NCBI GenBank assembly: GCA_964016885.1
Contig: OZ024748.1
Span: forward strand, 46,810,001-46,874,000
Direction: 5' to 3'
Source of the DNA: Eledone cirrhosa
Taxonomy: Eukaryota
Length of the DNA stretch: 64,000 nucleotides
In this document: one piece after another, positions 1-14,179 of the stretch
Layout: every line of letters begins with the position of its first letter
How positions within the stretch are numbered: position 1 is the stretch's first letter
Made by a program: the position numbers and the translations under genes
Notes under the pieces: generated by a model
Told to the model about the DNA's origin: nothing
Seen by the model: the letters and a program-made list of their open reading frames with translations, nothing else
Database searches by the model: none

Positions 1-240
1 TCACGACAAAAAAACACAGTCCACGCTGTAATGTGGCCGTGTAGGTAACACGGTAAAAACCTCCCAGTTCCACACTGTAAACGTTGTTGGTGTTAGGAAG
101 GGCCTCCAGTCGTAGAAAACCCGCCAGACAGTCCTATACAAGCAAGACAACCAATCTTGCCTCAAGTGGGACAATTCCCGTCTAAATCCATGTTAGCGTG
201 GAAGATAGACCTTAAACGATGATGATGATGATGACGATGA
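1..240 (+). mobile_element. 3' part of a tRNA/CORE-like SINE with (GAT)n tail
   Basis: Shares 'ggtgttaggaagggc.tccag..gtagaaa' and the (TGA)n tail with the fuller copy at 27858-28192. Confidence 0.6.
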
Positions 241-475
241 TCTACACACGAATATGAAGAACAAACTGAGGTTCCATATTGAGGTTTTTATAAGAATGTG
301 TCGCAGACGGTGGCTCAAGATGCATATCTCTGTCATGAATGTGTTCCTCTTAACATATACACTCTGCTATAGTATAGAACCTTAATACTGGAACCTTCTT
401 CGGTAAACTACAAACCTTCTGAACCACTTAATTATAAATGTGTGTTTCTCTATGTTTATATATATATATCTCGTA

Positions 476-519
<44 letters not shown>

Positions 520-524
<5 letters not shown>

Positions 525-769
525 AGAGTCAGGGACTCGACTGCTGAGCGCCGGCCGTTTCAACAGCTAGATCCGAATGGGCGGGACCGTCCTGTTGAAG
601 GCCAGTCAAGCCTGAAATGCATAGACGGTTGTCCCCCTTGCTACTGTTGGACACCACCAGAGGGCGCTAGCCCCGGTGTTTGCATAGCTACTGCTTCCTA
701 AAACCGTGTTTCTTTAGAAATAAGAAATTTCTATACCTATTTGTATAAAGCTATGCTTGAAGCTAAATC

Positions 770-770
<1 letters not shown>
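520..770 (-). mobile_element. (TA)n-embedded element related to palindromic family C
   Basis: Minus strand agctgttgaaacggccggcgctcagcagtcgagtcc resembles family C agctgtcgaaacggcttgagctcagccgtcggggtcc; TA tracts on both sides. Confidence 0.5.
654..667 (+). promoter_or_regulatory. CTCF-consensus-like motif
   Basis: CCACCAGAGGGCGC matches the CTCF core consensus; motif match only. Confidence 0.35.
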
Positions 771-812
<42 letters not shown>

Positions 813-859
813 AAGTAAAAGCGAAGTAGTTTCAGATGTTCAAGTCCTTTAATAATAAT

Positions 860-933
860 GCTGTGATATATATTTCAATGACGACACTGGCCACACTGTT
901 CTGTGTGCGAGTGTTGTGACATAATCAGACAGC
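860..933 (-). ncRNA. Type I hammerhead ribozyme, degenerate core (family O)
   Basis: gctgt-CTGATTA-stemII-GAAA-tatata-TC-acagc; stem I gctgt/acagc; G8 mutated; paralog at 14304-14378. Confidence 0.65.
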
Positions 934-1005
934 TTGTTACATAATAAGGTTATGTTTCCGAGGTAATCCAAGTTGAATCGACATGGGAACGGACTATATA
1001 TATAT

Positions 1006-1431
1006 ATAATATAAGATCAAAAGATGGTTAAAGGAGTTCCATGTAATTTTATTATGCGCATTTCAAAAACAAACATCATCATGCAATAATATTTGTGTTT
1101 TCATCAGATAAAACAGGAGAACATGATATGAAGGCTAAAAAACACTTGTGGATAGTGCAGTTTTAAATCAACATATATGTTGATTTAAAACTGCACTATC
1201 CACAAGTGTTTTTTAGCCTTCATATCATGTTCTCCTGTTTTATCTGATGAAAACACAAATATTATTGCATGATGATGTTTGTTTTTGAAATGCGCATAAT
1301 AAAATTACATGGAACTCCTTTAACCATCTCTTGATCTTATATTATGTATACTCCAGTCCTACAAACTGTAGAGTGCTTCTTATCCGATATCTGCATTGCT
1401 TTATTGTACTACAATAAAACTCAGCTCCTAC
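1006..1431. mobile_element. Palindromic hammerhead-bearing mini-element A
   Basis: Near-perfect 340-bp palindrome 1006-1345 centred on acatatatgt (1171-1180), plus a single-copy tail to ~1431; TA tracts on both sides. Confidence 0.85.
1238..1304 (+). ncRNA. Minimal type I hammerhead ribozyme (mirror copy on - strand at ~1047-1113)
   Basis: ttttat-CTGATGA-stemII-GAAA-TGCGCA-TA-ataaaa; 6-bp stem I, palindromic stem III. Confidence 0.8.
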
Positions 1432-2002
1432 ATATATATATACGTACATGTGTCTATGCATCTTCTTATGTATGTGTGACTGTGTATTTTCATATTTCAG
1501 TATTAGAGAACATGTGAGAGTAATTCTTTGATACAAAACTGTTCAAAGAGTGGATTATACTTTATGAGGAAATATAGAAATAAAAACCTTTAGAACAGAA
1601 TATATCGTTCAGATTTGAACCTAGATTTAAATCATTCGCAAAACTTTCTATTTCTCGTGAGTGTCTCTACCGAAATAATGGTATCGCTTGTCTTCCCCCA
1701 CGGTCAAAAATTATTCCAATATTAGATTTTATTGCATTACTATTTACCAATACAATCGATCTCTTTTTCCCACGGATTCTTGACTGCTGTTTTAATATAT
1801 ACCTACCTCTGGGTTAGTTTAGCCGTCAGTCAGGTTTTATCAAATTTTATCTAGCAATTGTATATCATCATTGCCCCTACGCTATTTTGTATATAACTAT
1901 ATTTGTCTTGGTCCACATATATTGTAACCTTTAGTCTATAATGTTTATTGCATTAAGAGTGCAGGCCTTTGTGGCTAATGAAGAAATTATTATTAACAAT
2001 GG

Positions 2003-2445
2003 AGAGGGTGGGTGGTGGATTGGCTCTATCGGTGGAGCGTCGAACAAATTGCTTTACAGGTTTTAGTTACAACTTTCGCCGTTCTGAATTCAAATCCTAC
2101 CGAGGTCAACTGTGCCCGTCTTACTTCCAAGGTCAATAAAGTACCTGTAAATTATTATGGACCATTTAATCAACTTACCCTTCCACCAAAGTTGCTTGCT
2201 TGGGCCTAAATTAGAAAATATTGAGGGCAGTGGATTGACAATATCGGTAGAGGATCAGACAACATTCCTTGCGGCATAGAATTACAGCGATTTAAGTTCT
2301 GAGTTCAAATTCCGCCGGGGTTAGCTTTGCATTTTATTGTTACGGTATCGGTAAAATAAGGTACCAGTAACACACTGGTAGCAATTTAATCGACATTGCC
2401 TTCCTCTCTCGAAATTGTTGGCCTTATACCTACACCAGAAACCCT
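2003..2445 (+). mobile_element. Two degenerate tandem tRNA-derived SINE copies
   Basis: B-box-like gagttcaaattccgccg and body similar to the copy at 55291-55480. Confidence 0.7.
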
Positions 2446-3189
2446 GATTAGTTTTGTTATAGTTATAGTAGTAGTTGATGGCAAAATAAGTGAAGCATGC
2501 GGACAGTATATTTCTTGAGGGATTTTGGTATGTGTGTTTAATGCACCTAGTTCAAATCCAGGCAGAAGTCTTTTGCACTTTTCCTCTTCAGAGGTGTAAT
2601 AAAATAAATACTAATATACATTCGAGTAGTAGTAGTAGTAGTATTAAGTTGATAAAAGCGACTATACCTCAGCGTTGAAATTATGTTAGCTGGCCTTCTG
2701 CCAATTCTAGGAATCGTCATTAATTAAATAAATCACAGTAGTTGCGGTTTTTCCTAGGTTTGCGTGATTTGATTTGATTATTATATATTCACGTTATAAC
2801 GAAACAATTAACACATCAGCACCTCCACTAGCACCCCCGACCACCACCAGCGCCCACCACTACCATTAACAGCAACGCCAGCACCACCACCAACAACAAC
2901 AACAACTACAACAACACTACAATGCCTTCAAAACCCGATTAGAACGTCCTCAAAACTGTTTCGTTCCCCGAAGGAAGAATCTTTCCAATTGAAAATACGT
3001 TAAAATCTCCGGAGGAATGAACAATCTCGTTTCTCTTTCCTTGATTTTCGTTTCTCTTCAGCACAGCAATAAATACATCTAGAATGTTCATGTAGTGCTT
3101 ATATAGCAAATCAATACTAAAGCTTCAGCTAGAAAAAAAAAAAAAAAAAAAAAATACACCATCAACACCACCACCACAACTACCATTAT

Positions 3190-3255
<66 letters not shown>

Positions 3256-3547
3256 TGATGATAAACAAAAAGCAAATCTTATTTAAATTGCAAAATTAAC
3301 AAAACTAACAGTCTGCTTTATTAACCTGTATGTGACTTTGCATGACAGCTCAGATTCCATTTAAATGCCACCAATGCGAACGATAAAACACAATTAACTA
3401 GAAATAAGTTACATAAAATATGGTTATCAATTTCACTTCTATGTCTTCTTTTTCACAGATTGTTTTTAATGTTGTTGCATATATATATATATATTTCTAT
3501 TGTTGTTTCTATTAGTTTTGTTGTTATCATTATTATTATTGTTATTA

Positions 3548-3584
<37 letters not shown>

Positions 3585-4948
3585 TTGTTTAGTTTGCCAG
3601 GAGTAATTCCAGTTTTAAATTAAACCTTTTCTAGTGATTTTATAGAAGGTTAAGCTGTTCTTATACTCGCAACACGCCATAAGGAATAATTTTGCAGTAG
3701 ATGTTATTTTCATAAAGGAATTTGGTATCATTTCTTATTTAGATATCGATTTTTTTTTTTTTTTTCACTTTTACTTTGTTTTTAGCTTTTAAACAATATT
3801 TGAAGATTTGTTGGAATTTGAATGTATGCTGGTCGTGAGATACCCGAGAGACAAATTTGAAATTGCAATTTGGATTGCATGGAATATATACAACCTGTTT
3901 CACACATAATAAATAAGTGGTTCTACATACACTGTTCAGATTATTCTACATTATATCGTCAAATCTTTCCACATATAACATACAAAGTATTCTACATATA
4001 TTCTACCTATATTCTAAAAATATTCTACATATATTCTACAAACTATCTCTACAATCTACATGTCATTTACAATCTGTTCTTGAAAAAAATTCACTAATTT
4101 GTGGCTTCTATTCAAATTCCTACTGGTTCCCACATTTCAAGGATGAGGGTAGCCTTAGGAAGATTTTAGGTTGTAGCCCAGACGGTCTATCGCAAACAAA
4201 ACACTTCATGGCATAAAGTGAATGTATTTGATGTGTGTGTGTGTGTCAAAATTATAAATCCTTATATATGAAGATTATCACTCTACTCCTGCCCTAATAT
4301 ATAATTCGCTTAGTGTTCCCGGCCGACAGGATGGAGAAGACATTTCCCTGGAGGTCAACGAGGGAGATGTGTTGGAAGAGTCACTCCACCTTAAGGGGCT
4401 TGCACTTGCGGGCAGCGAGCTCCGCTCCCATTGCAATGATAAGGGATGTGATTGGGTGGTTTAAGTACAACAGAAGTCTAAACTGCTACAGACTCGACCA
4501 CAAACCTATCAGAGAGTGGCCGATACTTTGTTATAACAGAAACACTCGAACCCTTCCCATAAATATCTCTCATCTAGAATAATCTTTGGTTTATGGTGTA
4601 CTTTACTATTACAGTCAATAGACTGTCATTTGACCATGCTAGAAATAGCAGCAAGATTGGGCTCATGCACTACGGTAAGAACAATAGAATGAAATGAGAC
4701 GTTACATAATGGTAAGATTCTGAATATAATAGTTTGAACATATATCGAATTCAAATACTTTTGAACGTTACAGTCCAACTCAATTGGAAATATCCTGTGA
4801 GACAACACAACAATAACGACATTAACACGATAACAATAACAACAATAACATCAGACATATTTGTGAGGAAATAAACGAACATCATACAGATTTATTTCGC
4901 TGGCAAGAAAGACTTGGGTATCGATATGTAAAATCTGACTAATCTGCA

Positions 4949-4997
<49 letters not shown>

Positions 4998-5115
4998 TCT
5001 CTCTCTCACACAGATATATATACTTAAATATATAAATATATATATATATACTTAAACACACACATTCATCTATACTTAAATACACACACAAATACATGCA
5101 TACCTAAACACACAA

Positions 5116-5176
<61 letters not shown>

Positions 5177-5335
5177 TATACATAGATAGGCACACGCACA
5201 GACATATGTATATATATACACATATACACATACATACGCACACACACACGCACCCACAAACACACGCAGACATATATATGTACATGCATACAGATATACA
5301 TACATACGCAGACACACACGCACACAAAGAAACAC

Positions 5336-5372
<37 letters not shown>

Positions 5373-5649
5373 ATGTGGGTAGAGTGAGAGACATAGAGTA
5401 GTGGCTAGTGAGAATCTGTGTGAGCATGAGGGGGGGGGGGAGATGGTACAAGTTCAAAAAGTTAGAGAAGATAGAAGATAAAAAGTAATATAAGGTAAGT
5501 TTCTAGAGAAAGAGGATGAAAGTTATATTCAATATCATTTAGCTACAATACGCATGGCCGCACAACATTTTCAATTAGCGCTCTGTAGGTAATCTTTCTT
5601 TAATATCTTACTCTTGAAAACCGCCATTGGCAAACACACACACACACAC

Positions 5650-5707
<58 letters not shown>

Positions 5708-5791
5708 GTGTGTGTGTATGTATACATACATGTATAATGTATATATAAACACAGAGATTTATATATCCATATGTAAAGGTGTAGGTGCGCT

Positions 5792-5828
<37 letters not shown>

Positions 5829-5928
5829 GTATATATACATATAAATGTACATGTATCTATCTATATATATATATATATATATACATATACACACACACAC
5901 ACTTACATAAATATACATATATCTGGCC

Positions 5929-5965
<37 letters not shown>

Positions 5966-6374
5966 AAATCAAGCGTATAATGTGGGAATGTATGTGTGTG
6001 TTAGTCTGTATGTGTATGTGTGCGTATATATCTATCTATATCTGTGTATGTCCATGACTGTGTGTGTATGTCCGTGTGTGTGAGGGGAGGGGAGGTGTCT
6101 ATGTGTGTGAATGTGTATTTATTGCAATGTCAGTATTTACAGTAGTCTGTGTCCAAATATTTCACCGTTTCTAAATATAAACCTAGTATTTGTTGTATCA
6201 GATTATTAGTAAATCAAGCGAGGTCTCCATCTATCGAGGCGTGTTTAAAAAACAGTTCATCTCCTGCACATTTATATTTTTCTGTATACTCATTTCTTTG
6301 TTGCTTTCTCTCTCACTCTCTCTCACCCACAAGATTCATGAGTATGTGTGCGTGTGTGCGTGTGTGCGCGTGTG

Positions 6375-6413
<39 letters not shown>

Positions 6414-6490
6414 ATGCATATACATATATATTGATATATGTAGGCATGCATATATATATACAGTATATATAGAGAGAGGTAGATAGATAT

Positions 6491-6535
<45 letters not shown>

Positions 6536-7195
6536 GAGGTAGATAGATAGCTAGGTAGATAGATAGATAGATAAATAGTTAGATAGATAGAATTCAAGAA
6601 GAAGCAAAAGAAACGAAGAGATGCAAAAACACGAAGATTTATTAGATTCCCGCTAGGGTAGAAGCGAATGATAGTTTCGACTTATCGGATATAAGTCTTT
6701 CTTCAAGAAAGAGCAAGTTTGGGGAGAGAGGGTAAGATTTTGAACAACTGAGCTTGGAAAAATATGAAAGATAGTATTTTTTTGTGGGGTGGCGTTTAAT
6801 CCGGCTGCAAGTGTTGGGGCCGAGGTAGAGAATCAGGGCTAGTTTATGTGTTGTGTTCTTGAACAAAACACTTCATGCCACGTTTCTCCAGTATATACTC
6901 AGTTGAAAATGAATACTAGTAATGGATGGGAGGTTTAAATCTATGATGGACGGGCTTACTCTCCAGCGGCATTGGGGATTCTTATACACTCAGTCGCTTC
7001 ACGCCACGGACACCGGGGAAAGCAATGGTGCTAAAAGCCACCATACTGGAGACAGACTTTCCATAGCTGAGTAGGGAGCAGCCTCGGAAAATATAGTATC
7101 TTGCTCAAGAACACAACATACTGCCGGGAATCAAACATGCGGCATTACGATCGTGAACAGAACACCTTCAGCAATAAGTCAGGCCCCTTTATAAT

Positions 7196-7507
7196 AGTTT
7201 CGTATACAGCAAGATTGGGCTCATGCACTGCGGTAAGAACAATAGAATGAAATGAGACGTTACATAATGGTAAGATTCTGAATATAATAGTTTGAACATA
7301 TATCGAATTCAAATACTTTTGGGGGGAGGGAAAAGTCAATTAAATCGACACCAGTGCACGACTGGTACATTATTTTATCGACCCCGTAAGGATGAAAGGC
7401 AAAATTAACCTCGGCGGGATTTGAACTCAGATCATATAGGGCCGTAGCTCCATGCTACAAAGCATGGTGTCCGACTCTACCGATACGGCCAATCCACCGC
7501 CGTAAGA
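7196..7507 (-). mobile_element. tRNA-derived SINE with 12-bp TSD and a captured 113-bp insert
   Basis: TSD cccctttataat at 7184-7195 and 7508-7519; SINE body 7320-7500. Confidence 0.75.
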
Positions 7508-8063
7508 CCCCTTTATAATGAAATTAAATTAAATGATATTTACAGTTCACTCCTATCATGATTTAGCTGAAACCTTACTAGGAGGTGGGTATTTGGTTGT
7601 TCTGTTATAGGTCCCTTAATAGTATCAAAATGTTTTCTGACATTCATTAACTGTGTTGCATGCTGGCAAGAGAAAGTGGCATTTCTAAACTTTTAAAACT
7701 TCTAACTTTTAATTTTCAATCAATAATTTCAATTCAAATTTTATTTTCCAATTTGAAATTATATTGACCATAGCATTAAGCAAACAAACATGGTTGTTGT
7801 TGTTACAACATTTACCACATTTGAGTAATTATGTCTACTATTAAAAACAGTTTGTGTAACAACGCTACAAGCTACAAGCCTTTATGTACTATCATGTATA
7901 GAACGTGAAATCAAGAGTTTTGCTCAGAATATAACGTGTAGCCTGGTACAGGAATCGAACACACATCACAATGATTTCGTGTCCTGCCTTTTAACAACTA
8001 TATAAAGCGGTTTCCCAACTCCATATATATATATGGGACATTTTTTAAAAATATATATATATA

Positions 8064-8460
8064 TGGTGGCTGCCAACTCGTTTTCGAGTACGGCCACTAC
8101 TTTATATCCATGTAAGAGAACCCCTACCGATGCGCTGAACGAGTGTGACTTTTTAGTCCAGCCAGAGACTTGAAAACTCTGGTACAAACACTACACTTGT
8201 GACAATTACTGACACATAGTGCTGGGCCCATGGTACCATGTGATGACAAGTGCAGAGAGATCTCCAGATATAAAGCAATGCCTGTGCCGTGAAGCTTTTA
8301 TAGTGAGCAAAGGCACTGCACAAAGCCACTCCCACTCTCTTAACCAAGATGATATTTACCAAAAAGAACAAGTCAACATCATTGGATACCATCAGGGTTG
8401 CAGGTGTTATATCAGAGTTTTCCTTCTCCTAGAATTCTGCCTTGACAAAGGCTAAGGGGT
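8064..8460. repeat. Structured (TA)n-embedded interspersed repeat, copy 1
   Basis: ~255 bp nearly identical to 13397-13652. Confidence 0.75.
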
Positions 8461-8469
8461 CACCCCTCC

Positions 8470-8515
<46 letters not shown>

Positions 8516-8819
8516 TTTATATATATACATACATACATATATATACATACATACATACATATATATATATATATATGTATGTATGTATGTATATGTATAT
8601 ATATATATATATATATATTTATTAGAAAGTGAGGTTTTTTTTACAAAATGAAAAATAACCGAGGTGTCCTACACGAGTGGAAGTATAAAGAAAAAGAGAT
8701 GAAATCGAAAATGCAACTGGAGTCTTTTGAAAAGCAGAAGAACTGCGAACCCGGTAAAGGGACCAAATAAATATATATATTTAAAAAAAAAATAAGACTC
8801 CAGTTGCATTTTCGATTGA

Positions 8820-8980
8820 AGGCGCGTGGCTGAGTGGTTAGAGAATTGGATTAGTGGGTAAGGCACTTGATTTCACGTTGCTCCTTCTACCTGGAGTTGC
8901 GACCGATAGAAAGTGTTAACAATTGGAAAGTCCGACGAAAACATTGTCTCCTCGGTCCGATTTGACGAAAGTCGATCGAC
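8820..8980 (+). mobile_element. tRNA-derived SINE, internally deleted
   Basis: A-box ggcgcgtggctgagtggttagag; similar to 60937-61145. Confidence 0.6.
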
Positions 8981-9460
8981 TATATATATATATATATATA
9001 TAAACACACACACATATATATATAGACACAAATATATATACATATATATACATACACATACACATACACACATACAGGGTGTGCTCCTCAAAATGTATAC
9101 ACGCTTATATTAGAATGCTGTTGAAGTATGTATATATATTTTGGGACACCCAATATATGTGTGTGTTCCTGTGTGTGTGTGTATGAAAATGTCATTTATT
9201 TTGTCTGAGCAGTTTAGCTTGACTTGTATTTTGGCTTAGGTGTTTAATGGCTTCTTGGCCGCCTTCTCAATTTGTATGGCCTTTATAACCTATGTTTATT
9301 GCTCTGGACTATGGTCTTTTGATCCCATTGAGCGCCTGTCAGCATGAATCCGAATTTGCATTACGTTTCGCTTTTTCTACCCACCCAAATGCGATGCTCG
9401 CTGAATTTATATATTTATATATATATATATATATATATACACTTACAAATACACACACAC

Positions 9461-9519
<59 letters not shown>

Positions 9520-9526
<7 letters not shown>

Positions 9527-10094
9527 ATCGAGGTGTAACACACGTGTTGTGATATATTAGTAAAGGCAAAAGAAAATGCTGACAAATTGTTCCCAGTGAA
9601 AAATGGTTTAATTAGGAATAAGTAAAAATTAATAATTGTTTCTACTTTTGGCACAAGGCCAGCAATTACCCAGTGCATTACTGGTACTTTATTTTATCGA
9701 CCCCGTAAGGATGAAAGGCAAAGTCAACCTCGGCGGGATTTGAACTCAGATCGTAAAGGGACGTAACTATGCTGGAAAGCATGGCGTCCGACCCTCTACC
9801 GATACTGCCAATCCACCGCCCTAAAGATGTTGTGCCAACCTCCGGATGCCGAAACCCGGGAAGTAAAAATTAATAATAAGTATTGGTTAGTATTCAGTTT
9901 TGGTTTTAAGATTAGAGCAAACATCACGGACGCTCTGTCTCAAAATTATTTTTGAAAAGCATTAGAAATGCGCAACCGGTAAAAATTTAAAATTAAAACT
10001 GAATACTAACCAATACTTATTATTAATTTTTACTTATTCCTAATTAAACCATTTTTCACTGGGAACAATTTGTCAGCATTTTCTTTTCGTTTTA

Positions 10095-10098
<4 letters not shown>
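9520..10098. mobile_element. Palindromic (TA)n-embedded element K, interrupted by a SINE
   Basis: Arms 9553-9636 plus 9878-9901 are the inverted copy of ~9996-10100; partial hammerhead 3' half GAAATGCGCA near 9966. Confidence 0.7.
9637..9860 (-). mobile_element. Full-length tRNA-derived SINE with 5' extension and 17-bp TSD
   Basis: TSD aagtaaaaattaataat at 9620-9636 and 9861-9877. Confidence 0.85.
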
Positions 10099-10905
<807 letters not shown>

Positions 10906-11364
10906 ATAAGGAAAGTGTAATTATACGAAAAGAATCATCTGATCCCATTATAGTATATTAGAAGTAGGAAGATTGTATCAATCTATCACCGAAGTATTGT
11001 CCAGATACAATGGGAAAACTTAATGGAGTATTATCTAGCTCTCTTGATAAATTCGACTTCTGTTATTGCCCTGTCACATTAATTCAATTTACCAAAGATT
11101 CGACTGACAATAAGTTAGTATCTTCAGATTTGCTGACGGATTCTTAACTTCTTTCTCGCATTTTTGATGACAAGTGTCGATGGTGACCATGGTGATGTTG
11201 GTAATGAGGATGATATGCATGATGATGATGATGGTGGGCTTGATGATGATGATGTGCGTGAAGGTGATGGTTTCTAGAAACACGGCGCTTACTTTCTATG
11301 TAGTTATCTTTCCGTCTATCAGCCTGTATCCTTGTCGTCTGTCTGGTAGCTGGCTGGCGAGCTA

Positions 11365-11396
<32 letters not shown>

Positions 11397-11401
<5 letters not shown>

Positions 11402-12009
11402 ATACTTTGGGAGGGTCATGTTGCCAATAAGAAACACACGCACCAGTTGCTTTCAGTTCAATTTATTATATATTTATAAATTTATAAATTTACAAATCTA
11501 CAAATGTATAAATTTCTGGTTGGTTGCTTGGTTCCACAACCAGATAGTTGTTTATATATAGTCATAGTCCTTTCGTCACACACTCTGTGACCTCTTCAGT
11601 GACTGGGGATTCCTTTCTTTGTTTCTGTGCCTTTCCTTTCTTCTGTCCTACGCCATTTTGTTATACATTTTGTTATACATTTGTTATAACAAAATGGCGT
11701 AGGACAGAAGAAAGGAAAGGCACAGAAACAAAGAAAGGAATCCCCAGTCACTGAAGAGGTCACAGAGTGTGTGACGAAAGGACTATGACTATATATAAAC
11801 AACTATCTGGTTGTGGAACCAACCAACCAACCAGAAATTTATACATTTGTAGATTTGTAAATTTATGAATTTATAAATATATAATAAATTGAAATGAAAG
11901 CAACTGGTGCGTGTGTTTCTTATTGGTAACATGACCCTCCAAAGTATAACAATATCGGTTTCAACACACGATTTCAGATAAAGAATCTTGCTAAACAAAT
12001 TCAGAAACG

Positions 12010-12013
<4 letters not shown>
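11397..12013. mobile_element. Palindromic pLTR pair of Penelope-like family 1
   Basis: Arms ~11397-11664 and ~11686-11955 are inverted copies of the family 1 3' terminus (cf. 39871-40125); the right arm continues into the ORF start MTLQSITISVS, a frameshifted version of [12 protein letters not shown]. Confidence 0.9.
11746..11790 (+). ncRNA. Minimal type I hammerhead (mirror copy - strand 11560-11604)
   Basis: agtca-CTGAAGA-ggtcaca/tgtgac-GAAA-ggac-TA-tgact. Confidence 0.7.
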
Positions 12014-12045
<32 letters not shown>

Positions 12046-12048
<3 letters not shown>

Positions 12049-12238
12049 AACGAGTAGGACCCCGACGACTGAGCTCAAGCCGTTTCGACTGCTAATTCTG
12101 GACAGAATTAGCTGTCGAAACGGCTTGAGCTCAGCCGTCGGGGTCCTACTCGTTCCTATTACCCACTCTACTACCCTAAGTATTGAGTACTTTGGTGCGT
12201 TATGGTCCATCTGGTTCCTTACCACATTTCCTTCGTTA
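12046..12238. mobile_element. Palindromic mini-element family C
   Basis: ~55-bp arms 12046-12158 plus tail; copies at 16548-16757, 29544-29753 and 39166-39280. Confidence 0.8.
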
Positions 12239-13396
12239 TATATATATATATATATATATAAATTAGGGAGAATCGTATTTCGGCTATTGGAAATTATCAA
12301 AAAACAACTTCCGAGATGTGTGGCAAGCGCTCAATAGATTCTAACGAAACAGAGCTACAACATACGTTAAAAGGCCAAACACAGTGAGACGATGGTTAAA
12401 CGATTATCCGCACAGCCATAGAAACGACCAAGTAATTCGGGTCAAACAAATAAAAAATTATGATATATATATATACACACACACACATATATATATACAC
12501 ATATATATATATACATACATACAAACACATATATATATATACACACACATATACACACACACACATATATATAGAGAGAGAGATAGATACAGAGAGAGAG
12601 AGAGAGTGTGTGCTTGCACATTTTCATGCTGGCATGGGTTGGACAGGACGTGTTGAGTCAGCGTGTAACAGCCTGTTACCCATATTGACGCCAACGCATT
12701 TACTTATCTCTAATGACACACAGATACGATGCATGTAAGGTTAAAAACTCCATGGCATTCATTAACACCCATATATATATAAATATATATATATATAGAG
12801 AGAGAGAGAGAGGGGGGAGAGAGGGGGAGAGAGAGAGAAATCGAATGCCATAATAGAAATCTTTCAAATAATATTGCAAGCCTAAGTGTTACTATTTAAA
12901 CAACTTAACTATACAACAAAATAGGAGATGTAATGGAAGGCTTTCAAGTAATGGAGAGATTTTATGTAAATCTGGATATTTATGCGTCAAAATAGAAAAG
13001 AGATCATTTATAATATATGGAATTTCTACAGGTCCCGCAGGCACTTACATATATATTTTACAAATACATACATGCATACATATATAATACATATATACAT
13101 ATATAATACATTCATACATATATAATACATTCATACATATATAATACATATATAATACATATATACATATATAATACATTTATATATATATATATATATA
13201 CATATATAATACATATATAATACATTCATATATATATACATATATACATACATTCATATATATATACATATATACATACATTCATATATATATATACATA
13301 TATACATAGATTCATATATATATATACATATATAATACATTAATATATATATATACATATATGATACATATATACATACATTCATATATATATACA

Positions 13397-13652
13397 TGGT
13401 GGCTGCCAACTCGTTTTCGAGTACTGCCACTACTTTATATCCATGTAGGAGAACCCCTACCGATGCGCTGAACGAGTGTGACTTTTTAGTCCAGCCACCG
13501 ACTTGAAAACTCTGGTACAAACACTTCACTTGTGACAATCACTGACACATAGTGCTGGGCCCATGGTACCATGTAACGACAAGTGCAGAGAGATCTCCAG
13601 ATATAAAGCAATGCCTGTGCCGTGAAGCTTTTATAGTGAGCAAAGGCACTGC
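13397..13652. repeat. Structured (TA)n-embedded interspersed repeat, copy 2
   Basis: Matches 8064-8320. Confidence 0.75.
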
Positions 13653-13759
13653 ATACATATATACATACATTCATATATACATTCATATATAAATACATTC
13701 ATATATATATAAAGATATACGTAGAAATATACAATACATATACATGAATATATATATAT

Positions 13760-14115
13760 ATACGATATTAATAAATGGAAACTATATTTATAAAACCATA
13801 TTTATTTCATTATACATATTTCAGGGATACCAAATTAAATTATGGTATGCCTTCATCAGACAAAATACAATATATAACAGTTTTACAAATAAGCTTTGAC
13901 GTACCCTATTAAAATGCAACCATTATTTTTGGAAGCCATCCGGATAGTCTAATTTGGTATCCCTGAAATATATATAATGAAATAAATATGGTTTTATAAA
14001 TATAGTTTCCATTTATTAATATCGTATATCTACTCCAAATACTTGTCGAGTGCTTTATATCAGTTATAAAAATATTTACTTGTTGTATCCCAACAATTTT
14101 AAATAGAACTTTTGC

Positions 14116-14117
<2 letters not shown>
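13760..14117. mobile_element. Palindromic hammerhead mini-element D
   Basis: Arms ~13760-13837 and ~13950-14028; hammerhead on - strand 13805-13865 (ttttgt-CTGATGA..GAAA-tatgta-TA-atgaaa); same family as 27461-27823. Confidence 0.8.

Positions 14118-14179
<62 letters not shown>

Noticed and set aside
8240-8296. Possible SECIS element (ATGA...TGAA)
   Set aside because: Poor stem, and the ATGA is absent in the second copy near 13575
9074-9152. Tiny mariner-like TIR pair (cagggtgt..acaccc)
   Set aside because: Too short and degenerate to call confidently
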